DNA of 64,000 nucleotides from an uncultured Clostridia bacterium (GTDB lineage Bacteria; Bacillota; Clostridia; Christensenellales; UBA1242). Shown piece by piece: positions 58,214-64,000 of this stretch; positions within the stretch are counted from its first letter, which is position 1; each line of letters starts with the position of its first letter. The translations under genes were made by a program, and so were the position numbers. The DNA lies in assembly GCA_944349895.1 (NCBI GenBank), contig CALVNQ010000001.1:145461-209460 (forward strand). The letters run 5' to 3'. The notes beneath the pieces were generated by a model. The model searched no databases and had not been told where the DNA came from. It was given only the letters and a program-made list of their open reading frames with translations.

Positions 58214-59506
58214 TTATAAAACATATTTTTTTAAATCAAATTTTTTCTTAGTTTCCTTAAAAGCATTTTGCACATAAGCTCTATCAATATTAATATCAAG
58301 CATAGGATGAGCACCATTAGCATTAAAAGAAATATCTTCAAGTAACAGCTCCATTATAGTATGCAATCTTCTAGCACCAATATTCTCACCCGATTCATTT
58401 TCTGTTGCAGCCATAGCAGCGATTTCATCAAGAGCATCATCTGTAAATTTAAGATTAATATTGTCGACCTTTAAAAGGGAAGCGTATTGCAAAGTGATCG
58501 CATTTTTTGGTTGAGAGAGAATTTTTTTAAAATCTTTTTCAGATAAACTATCTAAATCAACCCTAATAGGAAACCTTCCTTGTAATTCAGGTATCATATC
58601 TTCAATTTTAGAAACGTGAAAAGCTCCTGAAGCAATAAAAAGAATAAAATCGGTTTTAATGTTCCCATATTTTGTAGCGACAGTGCAACCTTCAACGATA
58701 GGCAATATATCCCTTTGTACTCCTTCTCTTGACACATCTTGCGAATTATTGTTAGAAACGCCGATAATTTTATCTATCTCATCTATGAAAATTATGCCCT
58801 CTTCTTCAGCCCTTCTAATAGCTTCAGAATTAACGTTATCCAAATCAATAAGCTTGTCACATTCTTCGTTCATAAGCACTTCTCTAGCATTTTTGACAGG
58901 CATTTTTTTATTTTTTCGTCTTTGAGGTAAAAGTCCATCAAACATTGATCCTAAACTGATTTCTGGCCCACCAATTGCCATAATAGGCTTAGGGGTATCA
59001 ATAACAGCGATTTCAACGATTTCATTTTCTAATTTTCCATCAATGAGTTGGGTTTTAATCTCGGTTTTATCCAGATTAGGATCTAAATCTTTTTTTGCTA
59101 AAGCGATAGCATCAACCAATCTTGATTCAACAATAGGAGCGACTTTATTTTCAACTTCATGTTGTTTTTCATCTTTAACCATTCTAACTGAAACTTCAAC
59201 GAGGTCTCTAATCATACTTTCGACATCACGACCCACATAACCAACTTCGGTATACTTGGTAGCCTCAATTTTAATAAAAGGTGCTTTGACAAGTTTAGCG
59301 AGCCTCCTAGCTATTTCGGTTTTACCCACACCAGTAGGCCCTCTCATAATAATATTTTTGGGAGTAATTTCCTCCCTCAGTTCTTTAGGCAGTTTACTTC
59401 TTCTATAACGGTTTCTAAGAGCAATAGCAACAGCTCTTTTAGCTTTTCCTTGTCCGATAATATATTTATCAAGCTCGTTAACAATTTGTTTTGGTGAAAA
59501 TTCCAT
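58214..59506 (-). CDS. hslU: ATP-dependent protease ATPase subunit HslU
   Basis: It has the P-loop GPTGVGKTEIARRLA and IFIDEIDKI, and lies downstream of hslV. Confidence 0.9.
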   Translation of the reverse strand: MEFSPKQIVNELDKYIIGQGKAKRAVAIALRNRYRRSKLPKELREEITPKNIIMRGPTGVGKTEIARRLAKLVKAPFIKIEATKYTEVGYVGRDVESMIRDLVEVSVRMVKDEKQHEVENKVAPIVESRLVDAIALAKKDLDPNLDKTEIKTQLIDGKLENEIVEIAVIDTPKPIMAIGGPEISLGSMFDGLLPQRRKNKKMPVKNAREVLMNEECDKLIDLDNVNSEAIRRAEEEGIIFIDEIDKIIGVSNNNSQDVSREGVQRDILPIVEGCTVATKYGNIKTDFILFIASGAFHVSKIEDMIPELQGRFPIRVDLDSLSEKDFKKILSQPKNAITLQYASLLKVDNINLKFTDDALDEIAAMAATENESGENIGARRLHTIMELLLEDISFNANGAHPMLDINIDRAYVQNAFKETKKKFDLKKYVL

Positions 59507-59517
59507 AATAAAACTCC

Positions 59518-60054
59518 TTAAATTTCTTCAACGATAATATTTTCATTGGTAAAAACACAAATTTCGCTAGCGATTTTAAGTGCTCTGTAAGCAATATCCT
59601 TAGCCGACAAATCGGTGTTTTGTTTTAAAGCTTTTGCAGCAGCAAGGGCATAATTACCTCCGGAACCAATAGCACAAACATCATCTTGTGGTTCAATAAC
59701 ATCACCCGTGCCATCAAGTATTAATAAAGTGTCCTTATCTGCAACAATCATCATAGCATCAAGTTTTCTCGCTATTTTATCATCTCTCCAAAGTTGAGCA
59801 AGTGCAACAGAACTTCTCATTAAATTACCTGAATACTTATTAAGCATTTCTTCAAATCTTTCGGTAAGAGAAAAAGCATCAGCTACGCTTCCTGCAAAAC
59901 CGACAACCACTTTGTCATCAAAAATTCTTCTGACTTTTTTTGCATTGCTTTTAAAGATTACAGAATTTTGCATAGTTACCTGTCCATCGCCAGCAATAGC
60001 TATTTTACCATCTTTTTTTACTGCACAAATTGTAGTGCCTCGAAATTCTTGCAT
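59518..60054 (-). CDS. hslV: ATP-dependent protease subunit HslV
   Basis: The N-terminus [12 protein letters not shown] contains the catalytic Thr. The length is 178 aa, and AAGGAGG lies upstream of the start. Confidence 0.9.
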   Translation of the reverse strand: MQEFRGTTICAVKKDGKIAIAGDGQVTMQNSVIFKSNAKKVRRIFDDKVVVGFAGSVADAFSLTERFEEMLNKYSGNLMRSSVALAQLWRDDKIARKLDAMMIVADKDTLLILDGTGDVIEPQDDVCAIGSGGNYALAAAKALKQNTDLSAKDIAYRALKIASEICVFTNENIIVEEI

Positions 60055-61144
60055 TAAAATCCTCCTTAAAATTTTTCAACAAGTCTATAGATTTTTCTCT
60101 ATTTACAGAATTAATTATATCATAAAATTTAAAATTCACATCATTTTTAAATGAGTGAAAGGAAAAAAATTTGTCGATGCACTTGCGAACCAAAGTGTTC
60201 TGAGGCAAAACCACTAATTTTCTACCTTGAATATAATTTAAAATATTTAGAGCGGCAAAATGCCCAGTTAAAATTGCTTCTAATTCATTTTTGGCGAGAA
60301 TTATTTCTCCTGCAAAGAATAAATTTTGATTATTGTTACTCTGCAATGAACTATTTAAAGCTATATAAGGATCAACAAAAGTTGATTTTTCGATAGCCCC
60401 AAACCTAACAATATCGACATCTTTTAATTGAGGTATCAAGTTAAAAAGTTTTACTTGATCATCACCAGAAATTTCTGTATGGAAATTAAGTAAAGTTAAA
60501 ACATCATTCTCCAACTTAAATTTTAAACAATGTTCCAAAATTTGTCCGTTAATACAGACAGGTTTAAATAGTTTAGCCTTTAAAAGTTCTTTCCCATTTT
60601 CTGCCCAATTTTCTAGACAATCATTATCAGAATGGAACTTTTTTAAAAAATCTGAAATGTTTGAAATAACTGTATTTTCAACTGGCAAATAATAAAAATC
60701 TTTATATACCAGATCTTTAATATTATTTGAAAACTGTGGGAAAATTGGCAAATGCCGGTGGGTTCGCATTTTACCAATTACACTTTCAATCTGTTCAAAA
60801 AACTTTTCACTTGTGTGTGCACCAGTCGCAATAATAGTAGGTTCACTTAAAGAAATTTCGTTTATTTCATTTTCAAAAATCATAATATTTGGGTTTTCAA
60901 TTAATTTTTCAAAAATTTTTGATTTTAAATTAAGAAAATTACAATTAATTAAATCTGCAGTTAGGCAACCAAGTGCTTTTAGTTCTTCAAGAAGTCGGTC
61001 ATAATTTTCTTCGACATACAATGGTGGATAATCATTTCTTGGGCAATCAAAAAGATGCACTTCCACACCAAAATTTGCCAAAGTAAGTGCTGCCTCGCCT
61101 CCTGCATAACCTCCACCAATTATATTAACCACATCTCTTTTCAT
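60005..61144 (-). CDS. TrmFO (Gid)-like flavoprotein homologue with degenerate catalytic motifs
   Basis: The FAD motif [26 protein letters not shown] and LFFAGE align with TrmFO, and the gene occupies the topA-trmFO-hslVU position. The LVCSNS Cys region is absent, and GQxTGVEGY reads GEIILAKNE. Confidence 0.55.
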   Translation of the reverse strand: MKRDVVNIIGGGYAGGEAALTLANFGVEVHLFDCPRNDYPPLYVEENYDRLLEELKALGCLTADLINCNFLNLKSKIFEKLIENPNIMIFENEINEISLSEPTIIATGAHTSEKFFEQIESVIGKMRTHRHLPIFPQFSNNIKDLVYKDFYYLPVENTVISNISDFLKKFHSDNDCLENWAENGKELLKAKLFKPVCINGQILEHCLKFKLENDVLTLLNFHTEISGDDQVKLFNLIPQLKDVDIVRFGAIEKSTFVDPYIALNSSLQSNNNQNLFFAGEIILAKNELEAILTGHFAALNILNYIQGRKLVVLPQNTLVRKCIDKFFSFHSFKNDVNFKFYDIINSVNREKSIDLLKNFKEDFNARISRHYNLCSKKRW

Positions 61145-63192
61145 ATTTGTTTATAATCACATTTAGAACAAGTTATAATTTTATTTTTGATGATAAGAGG
61201 AGCTTGACAATTTGGACACTTCTCCCCTGTGGTTGGATACCAACTCATAAATTTACAATTTGGGTAATTTTTGCAAGAGTAAAAGGTCTTCCCTTTTTTT
61301 GATTTTCTTGCCAAAATATCTCCCCCACATTCAGGACATTTACCAAAAATTTTTTGTTCTTGTTGATAAGGCATAATATTTCGACACTTAGGAAAGTTAG
61401 AACAACCAAGGAATTTGCCATATTTCCCTTCTCTCAAAAGCATTTTATTCCCACACTTATCACAAATGACATCGGTTTCTACTGGAGGAGCTTTAAGAGA
61501 AAAATCAGAAGCATTAGATTCGGATAACAGTTTAGAAAAACCCGACCAAAAACTTTCTACAACACCGTGCCAATCATCATTTTTTGTTGCAATGTCATCA
61601 AGTCTATTTTCCATATGCGCAGTAAATTTAACATTAATAACCGAGCTGAAAAATTTCTCAAGATATTCTGTAACATTTCTTCCAAGTTGAGTTGGCAAAA
61701 GGCTTTTCCCTTCTTTATATACATATTCTCTTGACAAAAGCACCAAAATGGTAGCAGCATAAGTGGCAGGTCTCCCGATGCCTTTTTCTTCCATAGCTTT
61801 AACCAAACTTGCTTCAGTATAACGTGCAGGAGGCTTAGTAAACTTTTGTTCAGTAATAATATCTTGAGGATTGAGAACATCGCCTTCTTCTAAAGCAGGG
61901 AGCTTGGAAATTTCCTGTTTTTCGTCACCTTCAAATTCTTTATAAGCAGCAGTATAACCAGCGAACTCCATAGTTTTCCCAACAGCTTTAAATTGATAGT
62001 CATCAGCTGAAATGGTTGCGATAACATTAGAATAAACAGCATCACTCATTTGACTTGCTAAAAATCTTTCGTAGATTAATTTATAGAGTTTATAATTGTC
62101 AGGAGAAAGAGACTCTTTAACTTTTTCTGGCGTTAAATTCATATTAATAGGTCGTATTGCTTCATGTGCATCTTGAGCCCCAGCTTTTGTAGAATAAATA
62201 TTAGGTTTTTCTGGTACAAATTTATCTCCATAAAAATTTTTAGCGAACTCTCTACAAGAATTTTGTGCATCAATTGAAACCCTTGTAGAATCTGTTCTAA
62301 TATAAGTAATAAGAGCAATTTTACCTTCACCTGCGATTTCCACTCCTTCATAAAGTTGTTGAGCTGATGAAGTTGTTCTTTTAATGCTCATACCTGCTTT
62401 GTTTAAAGCATCTTGTTGCATAGTAGAAGTGGTAAAAGGTGCTGGCGCATGGGATTTAGTAACCGATTTTTTAAGAACATCAACTTTAAATGAGGAATTT
62501 TTCAAAAATTGAACAATATTTTTAGCATCATTTTCATTTGAAACAGTAAACTTTTTGCCTTTATACTTTTCCAAAGAAGCTTTAAAAGAAACATGATTTT
62601 TATTGAAAAGAATAGCAGAAATTGGCCAATATTCATCAGGGATAAATGCTTCAATTTCTTTTTCTCTATCAACAACAAGTTTAAGGGCAACAGATTGCAC
62701 TCTTCCTGCACTCAAACGAGGTTTAATTTTTTTGCAAAGAATTGGAGAAAGCTTATATCCAACAATTCTGTCAAGGACTCTCCTAGCTTGTTGTGCAGAA
62801 ACCAAATTTTTATCGATAACCCTAGGATTAGTCAAAGCATTTTGAACAGCTTTTTGAGAAATTTCATTAAACTGAATTCTGCATTTTTTATTTTCTGGCA
62901 AATTTAAAACATTAGCAATGTGCCAAGCAATAGCTTCACCTTCTCTATCTGGGTCGGTGGCAATAAGCACTTCATCAGCTTTAGAAGCTTTATTTTTTAA
63001 TTCTGCAATAAGTTCCTTCTTATCTGGCATTATTTCATATTTAGGTTCGAAACGATTTTTAACATCAAGCCCCAAACTTTTAGCAGGTAAATCACGAATA
63101 TGCCCCTTAGTAGCAAAAACATCATATCCATTACCTAAATATTTTTTAAGTGTTTCTCGTTTGGCTGGTGCTTCAATAATAACAAGTTCCAA
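61141..63192 (-). CDS. topA: DNA topoisomerase I
   Basis: It carries VIIEAPAK, TOPRIM TDPDREGEAI, the active-site context ITYIRTDS and C-terminal CxxC zinc ribbons. I chose the TTG start at 63192, with an AGGAGG-like RBS 6-7 nt upstream. Confidence 0.9.
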   Translation of the reverse strand: MELVIIEAPAKRETLKKYLGNGYDVFATKGHIRDLPAKSLGLDVKNRFEPKYEIMPDKKELIAELKNKASKADEVLIATDPDREGEAIAWHIANVLNLPENKKCRIQFNEISQKAVQNALTNPRVIDKNLVSAQQARRVLDRIVGYKLSPILCKKIKPRLSAGRVQSVALKLVVDREKEIEAFIPDEYWPISAILFNKNHVSFKASLEKYKGKKFTVSNENDAKNIVQFLKNSSFKVDVLKKSVTKSHAPAPFTTSTMQQDALNKAGMSIKRTTSSAQQLYEGVEIAGEGKIALITYIRTDSTRVSIDAQNSCREFAKNFYGDKFVPEKPNIYSTKAGAQDAHEAIRPINMNLTPEKVKESLSPDNYKLYKLIYERFLASQMSDAVYSNVIATISADDYQFKAVGKTMEFAGYTAAYKEFEGDEKQEISKLPALEEGDVLNPQDIITEQKFTKPPARYTEASLVKAMEEKGIGRPATYAATILVLLSREYVYKEGKSLLPTQLGRNVTEYLEKFFSSVINVKFTAHMENRLDDIATKNDDWHGVVESFWSGFSKLLSESNASDFSLKAPPVETDVICDKCGNKMLLREGKYGKFLGCSNFPKCRNIMPYQQEQKIFGKCPECGGDILARKSKKGKTFYSCKNYPNCKFMSWYPTTGEKCPNCQAPLIIKNKIITCSKCDYKQI

Positions 63193-63202
63193 AATATTCC
63201 TC

Positions 63203-64000
63203 CTATCCAAGAGCGAAAAAGCCACCTGGCATACGCTTTATTATACCTTTAATTTCAAGAGAAGTCAAAAGACTATTGAGATTTGCAATAGGTAAATTTA
63301 AAATCTCTACCAACATATCGACATTTTTAGGTTCGTCCTGCAATTGTTGAACAATTAGAGATTCATTAATGGATAATTGTTTAGCAATATTTTTTTTCTT
63401 TTTTAAACCTAAATCATTAATGATATTAATTGGTTCAAGAGTGCAAGTTCCCTGCATAGATGCAATAATTCTATTAGTGCCATCGCTTTTAGGTGAAGTG
63501 ATATTCCCTGGTATGGCGTAAATCGGTATTCCATAATCTAAAGCAAAATCTTTTGTAATACTAGTCCCACTTTTAGCTCCAGCTTCGGTAACTAAGAGAG
63601 CATCAGAAAGCGCAGCAACAATTCTATTTCTTTGAGGAAAATTAAATTTTAAAGCTTTTATATCTGGTCTATGTTCTGACAAAACCAATCCTTTTTGTGA
63701 AATTTCATTAAATAATGAGAAATGTTCAGTAGGATAAATATGGTCGAATCCACCGGCTAGAATGGCAACCGTTTTGCCTTTTTCAAGCAAGGTTTTACGG
63801 TGCGCTATGCTATCCACGCCATAAGCTAATCCACTGATAATAACAGCACCAGCTTGGGCCAATTCCCCAGCAAATCTTTCGGTGATAACAACACCGTAAT
63901 TCGACGGAGATCTGGTTCCTACAATAGAGACAGAAACATTATTTAAAATATTAATATCACCTTTATAAAATAAATAATAAGGAGGGTCATCACATCTAAA
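63203..64000 (-). CDS. dprA: DNA processing protein DprA (Smf); the 5' end lies beyond the right edge
   Basis: Hand translation upstream of the ORF-track start continues in frame: ...PPYYLFYKGDINILNNVSVSIVGTRSPSNYGVVITERFAGELAQAGAVIISGLAYGVDSIAH. Confidence 0.85.
   Translation of the reverse strand, partial: FRCDDPPYYLFYKGDINILNNVSVSIVGTRSPSNYGVVITERFAGELAQAGAVIISGLAYGVDSIAHRKTLLEKGKTVAILAGGFDHIYPTEHFSLFNEISQKGLVLSEHRPDIKALKFNFPQRNRIVAALSDALLVTEAGAKSGTSITKDFALDYGIPIYAIPGNITSPKSDGTNRIIASMQGTCTLEPINIINDLGLKKKKNIAKQLSINESLIVQQLQDEPKNVDMLVEILNLPIANLNSLLTSLEIKGIIKRMPGGFFALG

Noticed and set aside
63192-63225. The apparent dprA/topA overlap and the odd TopA N-terminus (MAFSLLDRRNI).
   Set aside because: An in-frame TTG at 63192, preceded by an AGGAGG-like RBS, gives the canonical M-ELVIIEAPAK start and removes the overlap.

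Overview
This 64-kb window looks like a low-G+C Bacillota (Firmicutes)-type chromosome using the standard genetic code: TGA is used as a stop at several gene junctions. Gene density is very high, and many genes are joined by ATGA or TAATG overlaps.

Most of the roughly 70 CDS are housekeeping genes:
- Cell division and wall: minD, an mreB-like gene, murG, murI.
- DNA and RNA handling: a parE/parC-type topoisomerase pair, dprA-topA, RNase J, greA, ileS, tadA, rlmH, tsaE/tsaB.
- Proteostasis and Fe-S: groES/groEL, hslVU, nifS/iscU, trxA.
- Other: gpmI, rpsT.

RNA and regulatory elements I can support are a Bacillus-type long SRP RNA (55581-55847), an Ile T-box leader before a type-2 IleRS (54471-54680), and several sigma-A-like promoters and intrinsic terminators.

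Two regions stand out:
1. A 7.4-kb unit (32371-39852, minus strand) bounded by a promoter and a terminator. It encodes portal, scaffold-like, major capsid, adaptor-like and tail-stub-like proteins plus two holin-type proteins. The window contains no large terminase, integrase, replication, fibre or endolysin gene.
2. A roughly 580-nt ORF-free, relatively G+C-rich transcription unit (26609-27189, minus strand) with its own near-consensus promoter and terminator. It lies between groEL and a membrane-protein gene. It is a candidate large structured RNA or an unusually long leader, and I cannot assign it to RNase P, tmRNA, SRP or a canonical M-box.

Several genes appear to have degenerate catalytic motifs: the Ppx/GppA-like, TrmFO-like and one ABC ATPase-like gene.

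All family calls come from motif recognition by eye. No database search was possible.
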